A stretch of 64,000 bases of DNA from IMG/VR virus record IMGVR_UViG_3300028833_000053. One strand, written 5' to 3'. The notes beneath the pieces are model-generated. The model was not told the DNA's origin. It did no database searches and saw nothing but the letters and a program-made list of their open reading frames with translations. The DNA comes from a virus (lineage: Duplodnaviria > Caudoviricetes). The position numbers were made by a program, and so were the translations under genes. This document shows, piece by piece, positions 52,200-63,122 of this stretch (position 1 is its first letter; every line of letters starts with the position of its first letter).

Positions 52200-52534
52200 A
52201 GATGATGACAAATAGACAGATAGTGGACATCATAAGCCACGAGCCGGAACTTGAAAACAAGACATGCTGCATTTGGCTCTGCACAGATGGGAAATGCGAT
52301 GTAATTGACATTTGCAGGTTCAAGACGGTAGATGAGTTTTCCGAGTTTCTGTTTGGGATTTCCCTTACGCATTTCGTGGAGGATGTTCATAGGTTTGATT
52401 CAAGAAACCACACCGACATTGACATCTTCATGGATGAATCAACCAACGGACGCACGAACATTGATGTCAAGGTTGTTGATTCAATCCTGGACTATTTCTT
52501 GAAAATTCAAGACGGTGAACAAGTTTAGATGTGA
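52196..52534 (+). CDS. ES-x-x-x-x-TN family paralog 4 (divergent)
   Basis: LFGISL..DESTNGRTNI; TAG two codons before TGA. Confidence 0.55.
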
Positions 52535-52598
52535 CAACCGACAAGTAAACCAAAAAGTTGCCAGTTGTCATCTTTATGCCCGAATGGTAAATACAAGC

Positions 52599-54464
52599 AT
52601 GGCAATCATTCAATCATAGGAAGCTGACGGTCTGCGAATTGGCAGTATGCAGAATCTCTACGCCGAGTCAATGGTGCAAGAGAACTACATACGTGACCAA
52701 ATACGTGCGTATGGAACCGACATACGGTACTTCAAGTTGAAGACCCCATATCCTGAGGTGTTCAAGCCCATACTTGACGCAAACAACCTTGCCATTCATG
52801 CCTATGGCGAGGGATATGTTCAGGAATGGGAAGATCCAGTGCGGATGATTGCATACCTCAAATGGGATTCCGACTCCATCATTCTCAACGCCTATGGGGT
52901 GTAGCCAGATTCAACCTTGACGATGTGGCTTGACCAGACGGACTTCGCAATTTCCCTTGCGAAGAAACTTTCACAATGGAGGGAATACAAGGTTGTCGGG
53001 CATTCTGAATTCATTTTGGATTTTGACGGAGTTGATGATTTGGCGCGAAACCAAAACAACGTTGCGATGGAGTTCACAACTGACCTTTTTGACGGCTCAC
53101 TACGCGCCATAATAACAAACCATACATTGAACAAGCTGTTAACCAATGACAGTTGTGAAAAACTGGAAACGCCAATAACAATACCTTGCGACATACTTGA
53201 CCACGGGCCATTGAAGATAGACACAGGGCGCATAAACCCCCTTCTCTACAAGGGAAACCACTATGACCCGTTTGAGGACAACATGGTGGATTGTCACCTT
53301 CATCTTGAAGTCACTTCCATATTGAGGGACAAGCACGGTTGCATAAAGATAATGGGTGGAATACGCGGCGGTGTAATCTACCACGATACCACGGTGATTG
53401 GAAAGTACATTGACAAGGTGAAGCCTGAAGTTGGGGACTTGATTGACGTTCCAGTTCCTGGAAAAGACGGAACTGAGCAGATATACAACCAGAAATACGA
53501 AATCGTACACATAGAGGAAACCATCACAAACGAATCCTACATGAATCCGTTTCTGAGGAAGTACATCTACCAGTGCAATCTTCGTGCATATGTGGCAAGC
53601 GGTCAGACGGAACCCGACGAACAAGAAGCAACGAAGGAAAAGGCAGACAACTTGGCTTTGATAAACCAGGCTGCGGAAAACGCGGCAAAGAAGATTGGGC
53701 TGTACGAGGACTTCGAGGATGACGTATATGGCGGATACCACAAGATAAACAAGCGCACCACCGCCAGCGTACAACGTGATGCTAAAAACTCAACCATAAA
53801 CAACTTTGACGCACCGGAAGACACTACTGGATTGAAGAAGTCCGTAATGCCATTGTTCATATTCAAGGATATGGAAATGGTGTTGTCCTTGGTGTCAAAC
53901 GGCAAGGAGAACGAATCACACTTGAAGTTGTCCGCTCTGAACCAATACACCAACCTTGACCCGAACTTCCAATACATAAATTATTTGAGAGCGGACGATG
54001 ACAACTTGGTTCTTGCAGATGGGACAAGGGCGTATTTGCTTGCAGGAAGATTCAAGCAGCAAGAGTTGGATGATGAGACATATTGTCTCAAGCCCATACG
54101 TCTGAAGCACGAAGTCTACGCCCAGCACAATGGTTGGGCAGACCAACCCTTCCACCAAGTTGACGCTCCAACCCCACCAGAGGTTTCAGACTGCAAGGGG
54201 GAAGAAGAGCTGGATATGAACCTTCAGGACTTGCTTGGAAAGAACACCACACACAAATGGAAATCCGCTTCCGAAAACCGGTTGACGTTCCCATGGACAA
54301 ACACCTATCTTGAGGTGGAATACGAAAAAGTGGAAGCAGACCCAGAAGATGAAGAAAGCAAGACCTTTGAAATATGGACTTGCTTTGCCGTGTTTGCGGG
54401 GGATAAATCAGAAGAAGGGCAAAAGGGGCATTGGCCGATTTGTTCGTATATCAGGACTCTTTGA
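52599..54464 (+). CDS. T4 gp14-like neck protein, enlarged (621 aa, 2 in-frame TAG)
   Basis: QIRAYGTDIRYF and KPEVGDLI..KYEIVHIE..NPF; GGTAAATA upstream. Confidence 0.65.
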
Positions 54465-54759
54465 CGATTTCCAAAAGCCTTTCCAATTTCTATATGAATT
54501 GGTTGTCACGCCCACGGTTTATGACTTCGTACATATCATTTTGGACATCCTCTATGTCGCGCTTGTCGCGGCCACAAAGACGGCAAGGAAGTTTGTTCCC
54601 GTTGTCGTCAAGTTCATAGCAGTTCATGTTGTAGAGAATGGAATTTCCAAGTACGCCACCGGCGGCGTGACCCAACAATCCATATTGATCTCCGCAACCA
54701 ATGTCTCGTAGAAAATCCTTGAGTTCCTCAAGCAAGGTTATGGCTTCTGACTTCTTCAT
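54451..54759 (-). CDS. Small hypothetical protein with 1 in-frame TAG
   Basis: Continues through TAG to a TGA at 54451. Confidence 0.5.
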
Positions 54760-54773
54760 AAAGATATTTACAA

Positions 54774-55871
54774 TTATCTGTGCTTCTTGTCTTCAGGGAA
54801 GATCATTGTGTTCAGGATTTCTCGTATGTACCACAATCCCTTTGTGAAGTTGTCCTTGCCAACTTTTTGACGCTCTTTGTTTTCCTTCTCCATTGTTGTA
54901 CTGAGTTGGTGGACAAGGCTGGACAAGTCGTTGTACGTCATATAATGTTCCTTGTCAAATATGCAGCAATCATACCTGAACACCAAAAGACACTCAACCT
55001 GCAAGATGAATCCATAAAGGCTCTTCAGTGAGCCATAGAACAGACTGTAGAACAAGGATGATTGGGACAAACCATAATACGTGTCCTTGTGGCATTGTGG
55101 GCAAAGTTCCGTGTTGAAGCAGTTTTCAAGTCTGTTTATGAAATAACCGGTGACCTTTGCGAACACGCCATCTTCATCGTCAAACATCACCATTGACGGC
55201 AATGCGTTGAGACAGTCCAATCTTCCCTGCATTGTGTCTATGGCTTCAAGATCAACGCTGGCTTCTGGCGTATGTGTCGCGTCCAATCCCCTGTATACCA
55301 CAACTTTCTTCACGAACGCCAAAACAAGGTTTATGCCAAATTGGGTTTGCTCCATTTCCTCCGTAACCACGCCAAGCTCCTCATAGAAGTAGTGCATCAA
55401 CTTTGACATGGTTTTCACGGTCGGCCAACCCATAGTGAATTCGTATATCTTGGACTTGTACGGTATTTCCACAACCTGGTCTTCAACATACGCATTGTCC
55501 ATCTTGCAAAGGTACTTTGACATATCATAGCGGTAGTTGATGTCAACCCCGCAATGTGGACACTTGTACGTTATGGGGTCTTTGAAGAAGGACATTTGGA
55601 AAAACACCATCAAGCAGTAAAGTCTGTCAAACTCCGTGAATTCCTTTACGTCAACGTTGTCGGTAAGAAGCATTACCTGCAGGTATTCCGTCACTGCGTC
55701 ATATATCACGTCCATTTGCCTCCTGTCAAAGTTGTCAATGATGGTCTTGGCTATGGACTTGAGTTCAGTCACGGTGGTTTCGCGCAAAACGACAGGCAAG
55801 CCGGAACTTGGCAACGTAATGGGTATTCTGTTTGTTGGAAACCCCTTGCTGAACAAGTCCCGGTTTGTCAT
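54774..55871 (-). CDS. T4 gp26/gp51-like baseplate hub protein, paralog A
   Basis: ITLPSSG..V.LRE.TV.ELK, TEFDR, YKCPHC, C-terminal CPQC. Confidence 0.6.
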   Translation of the reverse strand: MTNRDLFSKGFPTNRIPITLPSSGLPVVLRETTVTELKSIAKTIIDNFDRRQMDVIYDAVTEYLQVMLLTDNVDVKEFTEFDRLYCLMVFFQMSFFKDPITYKCPHCGVDINYRYDMSKYLCKMDNAYVEDQVVEIPYKSKIYEFTMGWPTVKTMSKLMHYFYEELGVVTEEMEQTQFGINLVLAFVKKVVVYRGLDATHTPEASVDLEAIDTMQGRLDCLNALPSMVMFDDEDGVFAKVTGYFINRLENCFNTELCPQCHKDTYYGLSQSSLFYSLFYGSLKSLYGFILQVECLLVFRYDCCIFDKEHYMTYNDLSSLVHQLSTTMEKENKERQKVGKDNFTKGLWYIREILNTMIFPEDKKHR

Positions 55872-55899
55872 CGTCAACTCTCCGTTATGTCACATGGCA

Positions 55900-56898
55900 T
55901 TAGCCGCCAAGGAAGTCCGTGATGTTGGCGACCTGTCCATCCTGCTGCGCACCGCAATAGGCGCAATCCTGGTACTTGAACACATCGTTCATCGGCGTGA
56001 CAAACTCCTTGATAATCTTGTTGATTACTCCAATGTCCTCGTCAAACAAGATGCTCTGAGGCAGGGAGTCGATGATTTGAACCCTCTCAGGATACGTGAG
56101 TTCCTCAAGATTTGCCGTCAAAGAATCTTCTGGGTCGGAGATTTCCGAAACGGTAATCTTCTTGATGAACATGATGATGTACTCAACCTGGGAAAGACTG
56201 TCCATGGACTCCTTCACGTTCTTGTTGGAACCCTCGTACTTTCTGTAGTAGTTCTTGAAGAAGTCCTCGATGTTCCTGACATTCGCCCAACCGGCTGTGA
56301 ACGTGAACTTGCGGTTACCCGCCTCAATCTCAATCTCGGTGTCGGGTTTGTAGGTCTTTGCGAAGTTGCGCAGAAGTTTCGCCGTGTCCAGACGGTAGGA
56401 GTTTTCCTTTTCGCAATTCTGGCATGTGTACTTGATTTCGGGATTGAGCTTGTTCATCTGCTGAAGGTTCAACGTGATGAAGATTCTCTCGAACTCCGTG
56501 TAGTCGCGGATGTCAAAACCCTTCTCAAGGGCAAGACGGTTAATCATTGAAGTCATGGCGCAGTACATGACGTCCGCCCTTGACTTGTTTTCCAACGCCA
56601 TCTTTGACATGTCCTTCTGCTCGGCGGTGGAGATTTCCTTGAACTCCACGGTCTTGCCGACGCTGGGCAGGTCAATTGGTGTTGAATTCGTGGACATCTT
56701 CTGACGGAAGGCGTTCACAATGTTTGCCGCGTTTGTGGGCTTCTTCTCCTGTTTCTTCACGGGAAGAACCTTCAATTCCGGAGTTGCCTCCGATGTCTGG
56801 GAAGCCGCTGCTTCCTTCTCCAGCTCCTGATTTACAAGATTCGCCGTAGCGGTGTCAGCCGGAACTTCGTCCTTGTAGTGTGTAATAGGTGGTTGCAT
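55900..56898 (-). CDS. T4 gp26-like baseplate hub protein, paralog B
   Basis: IDLPSVG..VEFKE.STAEQK, TEFER, YTCQNC, CAYC. Confidence 0.6.
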   Translation of the reverse strand: MQPPITHYKDEVPADTATANLVNQELEKEAAASQTSEATPELKVLPVKKQEKKPTNAANIVNAFRQKMSTNSTPIDLPSVGKTVEFKEISTAEQKDMSKMALENKSRADVMYCAMTSMINRLALEKGFDIRDYTEFERIFITLNLQQMNKLNPEIKYTCQNCEKENSYRLDTAKLLRNFAKTYKPDTEIEIEAGNRKFTFTAGWANVRNIEDFFKNYYRKYEGSNKNVKESMDSLSQVEYIIMFIKKITVSEISDPEDSLTANLEELTYPERVQIIDSLPQSILFDEDIGVINKIIKEFVTPMNDVFKYQDCAYCGAQQDGQVANITDFLGG

Positions 56899-57695
56899 TA
56901 TTTTACCTCGCTTTTCCTTGTTTTAGATTTCCTCGCCTTGCCTTTTTTCGCAGGCTTCTTTTCCGCCTTTTCGGACTTCTCGGTCTTTTCCTTGTCATCC
57001 ATTCCAATCTCAACGGCTCCAGTGGAGTCCTTGTTTTGAAGATTTGACATGAAAGACTGCAGCTTCTTCATTTGCTCCCTCTTCGCCTTGTTTGTCTCGC
57101 GGTTGATGATGTCAACCTTCTTGCGGAAACGCTCCACCACCTCATCGGCGTGAAGCCAAATATCCTTGCCGTCCAGCACCTCCTGGATTTCCTTCTTGGT
57201 GAGGAAGTGCTTGTAGATTTCGTTGAAGAAGTTTTCCAACCAAGGGTTGTAGAATTCCTCCTCCTTCTTGATGTCGGATTGCTTTCCAAACGAACATCCA
57301 GATGACGTGTGGATCATCATATAGCCATGTGGATAGCAAATCAAGCCATCGCAAGCCAAGGCAACCATAGTCGCCGCGCTTGCACATGCGGACTCAATTT
57401 GGCAAACAACTTGCGCTTGGCACAACTTTATCTGCGTCACTATCTGGATTGCGGTGAACAAATCCCCGCCAAAGCAGTTGATGTGAATTACAACAAGGTC
57501 GTCCTCTCCGGCGGATTGAAGGATGTCAAACCACTTCAAGAAGCACCTTGCATCTCCAATCTCGTCAATCAGCCAAAGATGGAATATGTTCTTTACCTGT
57601 TTTCCATAGGAAACCATATTCTCCTTGTCAAACTGTCCATCCTCGTCGGAAAGCCCTGGGAGCAGCCCCTTGAAACTTTCTATCTTCGTTTTCAT
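56898..57695 (-). CDS. ClpP-family serine protease
   Basis: HINCFGGD, ACASAAT, MMIH, DIWLHADE. Confidence 0.85.
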   Translation of the reverse strand: MKTKIESFKGLLPGLSDEDGQFDKENMVSYGKQVKNIFHLWLIDEIGDARCFLKWFDILQSAGEDDLVVIHINCFGGDLFTAIQIVTQIKLCQAQVVCQIESACASAATMVALACDGLICYPHGYMMIHTSSGCSFGKQSDIKKEEEFYNPWLENFFNEIYKHFLTKKEIQEVLDGKDIWLHADEVVERFRKKVDIINRETNKAKREQMKKLQSFMSNLQNKDSTGAVEIGMDDKEKTEKSEKAEKKPAKKGKARKSKTRKSEVK

Positions 57696-57866
57696 AATTT
57701 AACTCTCGGTTGTGAAGGTTGTTTGTTGGAAACCCATATGTCAGGGAGTCCAATTTGGTCTGTATCATATATGTTCAATTATACGGGATCTCGGTCCAAA
57801 ACGACACTAAATTGAATTAAAACAACCCACATTTGGGTTTGCGCTTCTTGTAAATAATACTATGAT

Positions 57867-58580
57867 ATGGTTGTTCCCCATACGGGCTGCCATAAACATA
57901 CACAACAACATGATACAGAGGGTAAAACTTTGAGAAAGAGAAAAACCCGTAGTTCATACAGAAACAAATCTGACCTTCGCCCCGATTCAGGAGCAAGGCA
58001 CAAGAAGAAGAACAAGAAAAGATATGTCGAAAACCAGAAGGAGAAGTTCAGAAAGTCAAAGGAGTGGAAGGAATTTAGAGGTCGGATGGCAAAGCTGTTC
58101 AACCACCGCGACTACATAACGGGCAGAAAGCTCGTAAAGGGGTTCAACGTCCACCATTTAAGGACGGAACAGGACGCCGAAAACTATTGCGACATATCCA
58201 ATGAAGAGGAATTCATACCTCTGAATTCATATTGCCACAAGATGCTTCATTATCTGTTCATCTTCTACCAAAAGGACAAGACAATCATGAACAGAATAAG
58301 AGAAATACTTGACAAGATGTGCGACCTTTCGGTGAAGCACGGTGTAGACCCCGTTGACCTTGATCATTGTCTTCAAGACATAGAAGAAACCGAACCCCAA
58401 GACGAGTATGACCCGGAAATTGACGGAGACGGTGGCAACGAGGAAATGCTTGAATAGATGGAAGACATAGAGCAACTGGATGAAACCCAGCCGGAATATG
58501 ACATTCCAGAGCAGGAACCTGACGAATACATTTCATCTAAGGAACTTGGAAATCAAATGTTTCCAAAACCCGAAGTATGA
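57867..58580 (+). CDS. HNH-like protein with an acidic tail and 1 in-frame TAG; start uncertain
   Basis: SKEWKEFR, NVHHL, LNSYCHKMLH. Confidence 0.65.
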
Positions 58581-58581
58581 T

Positions 58582-58845
58582 TTACAGGGCTATTGTATGA
58601 GCCTGTGAGAATGGAATTCTTGTGCTGGTTATTGGCGGCATAAGGGACTGGTTGTACAACGCCTCGTTCTCCGCGTTCATTCGGTCAATTTCCTCATAGT
58701 CCTTTGCCAATCTCAAGTCAATGTCAAGTTGGGACAATTCATCCTCTACGTATTCTTGGGGTTTTGGCAATTTGGCGTTGGGGTCTGACTTGAACAAGCC
58801 CGGACGCAAATTCCTGTCCCATGCCAATGGATTTCTGTACGCCAT
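58582..58845 (-). CDS. Small hypothetical protein
   Basis: ORF directly after the portal gene. Confidence 0.5.
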   Translation of the reverse strand: MAYRNPLAWDRNLRPGLFKSDPNAKLPKPQEYVEDELSQLDIDLRLAKDYEEIDRMNAENEALYNQSLMPPITSTRIPFSQAHTIAL

Positions 58846-58860
58846 TAATCCACCCCGTCA

Positions 58861-60807
58861 TTAACCAAAGGGATTGTCTCCGCCCTCGTCACCACCTGCG
58901 TCATCTCCACCTTCATCGCCTCCAGCTTCATCTCCACCAGCGGCGTCGTCACCACCTTCTTCTCCGCCACCTTCTCCCCCTTCACCATTCTCCTCATCGG
59001 CGGTTGTGACGTTTATCTTGTTGGTGTTGAAAATGCTATGTGCAAGCAGTTCCTCAAGGCTGGACATAGACATTGTCTTCAACTTCGTAATCTGAGAAGC
59101 GTCAATCTCGCCACCCATGTACTTCTCGCCAATGCCCTCAACCATTGCGGCCATGATACCATCAAACAAACGAAGTTGGTTCATTTCGTTTATCTCTGCG
59201 TCAGTCATTCCCAAGATGTTCTTCTGCGCCCAAGTCTTTGACATTTCATCGCGGTCGGCATACTTGGCGTAAAGATCCATCTTCTGTGTGATTTCCTGGT
59301 TGGAAATGAACTTGGAATAGACGTATGGCGGAGTGAATTCAACGTAGAAGTCACTTTCCTTCATCTGGTTCTTCTGCCATATTCCACGCAGCTTCAAATG
59401 GACGATGAACGAGTCTTGCAACGCCTTTGCGAACTTCATTTGAATGCCAAGTTCCATCTTGGAGAAGGAGAATTCCTCTTGCGTGATTTCGGTTGAAGCA
59501 CGGTAGGAATTGGATTCAAGGTTGTCCCAGCGCGTGTATGGAACGCCAAATTGCTTTATGAGACGTTTCAAGAAGAACTTGAGGTCTTCAATCTGGTCGT
59601 ATTGCGCCGTTGATTCAACAGTGGAAACCGTAGTGCCATCGTTTGCGTTGGATTTCGGGAACACCCAGGAATCCAACATGGAACTTGGATTGTAGGTCTT
59701 GCCAATCATGGAATTGTTGGACTGGCGGTCAATCTTCGCAACCTTCTTTTCGGAAAGTTTCTGCGCAAACTTCCTAACATATTCATGCGCAACCTTGTCC
59801 GCCATTCCACCAGTTGCTATGTTGAAGAGAAGTCTCTGCGGTGCCCTCGTAACGCGGAGAATAACCGCGGCGTCCTGCAAGAGAACCAATTGGTAGTACG
59901 CCTGCTTCACGCCCTCAATGATGGAATAGGTCACTCGCCCATTTGGAGATTTCTTGTCATGCGAGAAATACGTTATCTGCGGGAACAGCAAAGGCACAAC
60001 GTTCTGCGCCGAACTGAAATCCAATCCACGGTAGCCATTGGTGTAAATGGTGTTGAATATGGCGGAGTTCTGCGAGTAGTACGCGGACAAAGTGTATTGA
60101 AGTTCCTGTGCGTACTTGTCAAGGTCAAAGTAGATGCCGCAATTCTCGCCAGTAGCCTGGTTGATGAGAATGTCGTAGAAATCGTTTCTCAACCGCTTCA
60201 CGCCTATGATTCCCAAGGACGGAATGTCGTGGTTGATGATGTTTTCCCAGGCAACCTCGCCCTCAATTACATAGGTGCGGATGATGTCCACAATGTTGTT
60301 GCGGATGTCAAACAACTTGATGAAGTTGGAAAACTCCTTCTAAATGAGTTCCTGTTGCTGTGGCGTTATCTTGTCGGAAATGTCCTCGGAGAAATTCAAT
60401 CGTATGAACTCTCCAGTAGATGACACCGTAAGGAAGTCGGACGCGATTTCGTTTATGCACCAGTTGCACTCGGGGAATTCAGAAATGGCGCGGTACTGCC
60501 AAAGACGTTGGCACTTGTCCGTTATGAGGGGAATGTAGTTGTGGTTGAACTCGTCTGAGACGTAGCCAAAGAACGCCGTGGAAATTCCAGGATTCTGCAG
60601 GGACACGATACCCTGCTTCTCCACAATCTTTTCAATCTTTGAGGTATAGGACTTGAAAGTCTCGAAGTTACGGTTCTATGCGAGAATCTATATCCTGTCC
60701 TCTCCCTCTGGTCCGACGTTTCCCGCGCCCTACGTGTTAAGCTTGTTCATTCTGTCCACGGGGCTCGCGGATGCAGTCAATACGCTATGGTTGTTGTTGT
60801 TCGCCAT
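58861..60807 (-). CDS. T4 gp20-like portal protein, 648 aa with 4 in-frame TAG
   Basis: QYRAISEFPEC..INEI; QLVLLQDAAVILRVTRAPQRLLFNI; SMLDSWVFPK; QIEDLKFF. Confidence 0.9.
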
Positions 60808-60850
60808 TATGGAATATACCCTAAATCAATTATATGAGTATTTACCATTA

Positions 60851-61660
60851 TCAACCGCATTCGCAATAAAGAACCTGGACATCGGCGTGCTTGTTGAAAT
60901 CGGAATCCCAGCCATTGAGAGCGTAGATGGACTTCGAGTCCTGACCATTTCCACCCTGACCCATTTCAATTCCGAAGAGACGCTCACCTTCATTGATTCG
61001 CCTCTTCAACTGATCAAGGTCTGAACACCACTTGTCAAGTTCCACATCATAGCCCTCTGCAATAAGACGTTCGGTGTTCTCTATGGTGTTCATGGTGATT
61101 TCGTAAAGACCCATGTAGTTGGCGCGTGAATAGGAACACTCATCGTGGCACTTCTTGGCGCAGTCCAGGATATTTCCCACAACGCGCTTGCGGTATTCCT
61201 GGTCGGATTCCACGTCCTTGTTGTGCCACCCAACAATGCTGTAATGCATGGTTTCCGCGTCAACGGTGATTCCACACGCGATTATCGGCTCTTCAATCTC
61301 AATCTCATCATCGGACTCCGAAAGAACCTTGGGCTTGGGGAAATCGGGGTCGGCATCCATGTTCTTCATATCAATTTTGAACTCGTCAATCCACTTCTTT
61401 CCGGTTATCTTCGTGGTGAAAGTCCCCGCCTTGAAAGAACCCAGGAACAACAGCTCAAAAGTATTGAGGCAGTATTCAAGGTTCCGACGGTTGTTGTCAT
61501 CAAGCTCCTTGACGAATTCCTCGGGGTAGTCATAGTCCTTGTCCTCTGAACACGCCTTTACGACATCCTTGACAAAATCCTTGAAGGGATAGTTCTTCGT
61601 GAGAACCACCACAAAGCTGCTTGAACTTGAATTGCTGACGTAATCACTTCTGATTTTCAT
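60851..61660 (-). CDS. SNSSSSSF-tag protein 5 (269 aa)
   Basis: Starts MKIRSDYVSNSSSSSFVV. Confidence 0.85.
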   Translation of the reverse strand: MKIRSDYVSNSSSSSFVVVLTKNYPFKDFVKDVVKACSEDKDYDYPEEFVKELDDNNRRNLEYCLNTFELLFLGSFKAGTFTTKITGKKWIDEFKIDMKNMDADPDFPKPKVLSESDDEIEIEEPIIACGITVDAETMHYSIVGWHNKDVESDQEYRKRVVGNILDCAKKCHDECSYSRANYMGLYEITMNTIENTERLIAEGYDVELDKWCSDLDQLKRRINEGERLFGIEMGQGGNGQDSKSIYALNGWDSDFNKHADVQVLYCECG

Positions 61661-62135
61661 TGGTTGCCTCCTTCACTACTTCCAACCTGTCCAAAATCCT
61701 TCCAAGGAAGGTGTCTCTATCCCGAAAGGCGTGTTCGGTGTCTGAATCGTCTGGCTCAAAACCAAATTTCTTGAAATACTTGTAGAGGAACGCAAGGTTG
61801 CCCATCGCCTCCTTATCCCAATCATCGCACTCAAAGCCCAGAGCCGTGATTTCCTCGGGCTTCTTGGGGTCTGCGTGGGTGTCGGTGTCACCATCGTACT
61901 CGCCCTGAATGTAGTCCTCGCAGAACTTGCTGGGGTTGTTCCAGTCAAGCCAGTCATCCGGACCGCTGTTGGTGGTGAGAACGCCAACGTTCATGGTCTC
62001 GCCCAATGGGTCATAGGCGCCGTAGATGCAATCCCCGAAATCTTCAAGGAACATCTTGGCCGCCTTGTCGGCATCCTTCTTGATGATGAAGGAGCTGGAA
62101 CTTGAATTGCTGACGTAATCGCTTCTCACTTTCAT
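61644..62135 (-). CDS. SNSSSSSF-tag protein 4 (163 aa)
   Basis: Starts MKVRSDYVSNSSSSSFII. Confidence 0.85.
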   Translation of the reverse strand: MKVRSDYVSNSSSSSFIIKKDADKAAKMFLEDFGDCIYGAYDPLGETMNVGVLTTNSGPDDWLDWNNPSKFCEDYIQGEYDGDTDTHADPKKPEEITALGFECDDWDKEAMGNLAFLYKYFKKFGFEPDDSDTEHAFRDRDTFLGRILDRLEVVKEATNENQK

Positions 62136-62153
62136 TTCATTTCTCCTTGATAC

Positions 62154-62618
62154 TCAACCACACTCGTTGAAGAATGTCGATCCACTGGCGTCCGAACCAC
62201 CCGTGACAATATCCACCTCATCGTACTTCGCGTCCAATCCCTTCTCGTTGAGCGCGTCAACAACTCGGGTCTTGTACTCCTTCAAGGTTTCGGTGTCCTT
62301 CATCTTGTTGTCGCCAGACTTCATGTCATAGCCAACCAAAACTTCCTCAACATCTTCTCCCCAATCACGTTGGGCAATCTGGAAGTCAAGCCCAGCATTC
62401 TCAAGAACCCGATACAACACCTCAGAGAAGGATTCCAGCTCAATGAATTCCTCAATGGACTCGCATTCGGAACCGTATTCGTGGTTCAAGTCCTCCAGCA
62501 GCTTGCCCTTGTCCTTCACCAGCTTGTCCATAAGCCCGTCAACGTCGGAAAACACCTTCCCAACTATCACGAAACTGGATGAACTGGAATTGCTAACGTA
62601 GTCTGTGCGGATTTTCAT
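62154..62618 (-). CDS. SNSSSSSF-tag protein 3 (154 aa)
   Basis: Starts MKIRTDYVSNSSSSSFVI. Confidence 0.85.
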   Translation of the reverse strand: MKIRTDYVSNSSSSSFVIVGKVFSDVDGLMDKLVKDKGKLLEDLNHEYGSECESIEEFIELESFSEVLYRVLENAGLDFQIAQRDWGEDVEEVLVGYDMKSGDNKMKDTETLKEYKTRVVDALNEKGLDAKYDEVDIVTGGSDASGSTFFNECG

Positions 62619-62626
62619 TGTTTACC

Positions 62627-63109
62627 TCAAAGGTCAAGGTCCGAACCACGAATGCTGTTGTAGTCAAAGTGGTCGTCCCCACTGATTTCAATCTGCTTGT
62701 ACTTGCTCTCAAGGATGGTGGCAACCTGCACTGCGTTTGCCAAGTCCTCGCCAAAATCGTCACCGCACTGGCAGTAGACAGAACTATTCTCCTGTTGAAG
62801 AACGAGACGGATGAAGTTCATTTGACCATAGCCATCCTCGGCCATGATGTTGTCGGAGTCAACGTTCACCTCAATGTCCAACTCGTCATCGTACTTCCAT
62901 ATCTCAACGTTCTGTCCAAAGACGGTTTTCGCCTTTTTCTCAAACTCATTCAACTGTTCAAGGCTTTCGCAATGGCAGCGAAGGGTGATTCCATGAACGT
63001 GCTTGAGCAGCTTCATAAAGCCCTCGTCAATGCAGGCTCCCTTGTCCTCAAAGTCAATGATGAAGGAACTGGAGCTGGAATTGCTAACATAGTCGTTTCT
63101 GATTTTCAT
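62627..63109 (-). CDS. SNSSSSSF-tag protein 2 (160 aa)
   Basis: Starts MKIRNDYVSNSSSSSFII. Confidence 0.85.
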   Translation of the reverse strand: MKIRNDYVSNSSSSSFIIDFEDKGACIDEGFMKLLKHVHGITLRCHCESLEQLNEFEKKAKTVFGQNVEIWKYDDELDIEVNVDSDNIMAEDGYGQMNFIRLVLQQENSSVYCQCGDDFGEDLANAVQVATILESKYKQIEISGDDHFDYNSIRGSDLDL

Positions 63110-63122
63110 TTCTTGATTCTCC

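Noticed and set aside
55636-56550. 304-aa plus-strand ORF and similar long antisense ORFs (27120-27929, 29008-29820, 59785-60423)
   Set aside because: Shadows of real genes on the opposite strand, caused by codon bias
32459-60807. Reading the TAG-split genes as pseudogenes or as separate small genes
   Set aside because: All breaks are TAG, frames are preserved, and essential virion genes such as the portal are affected
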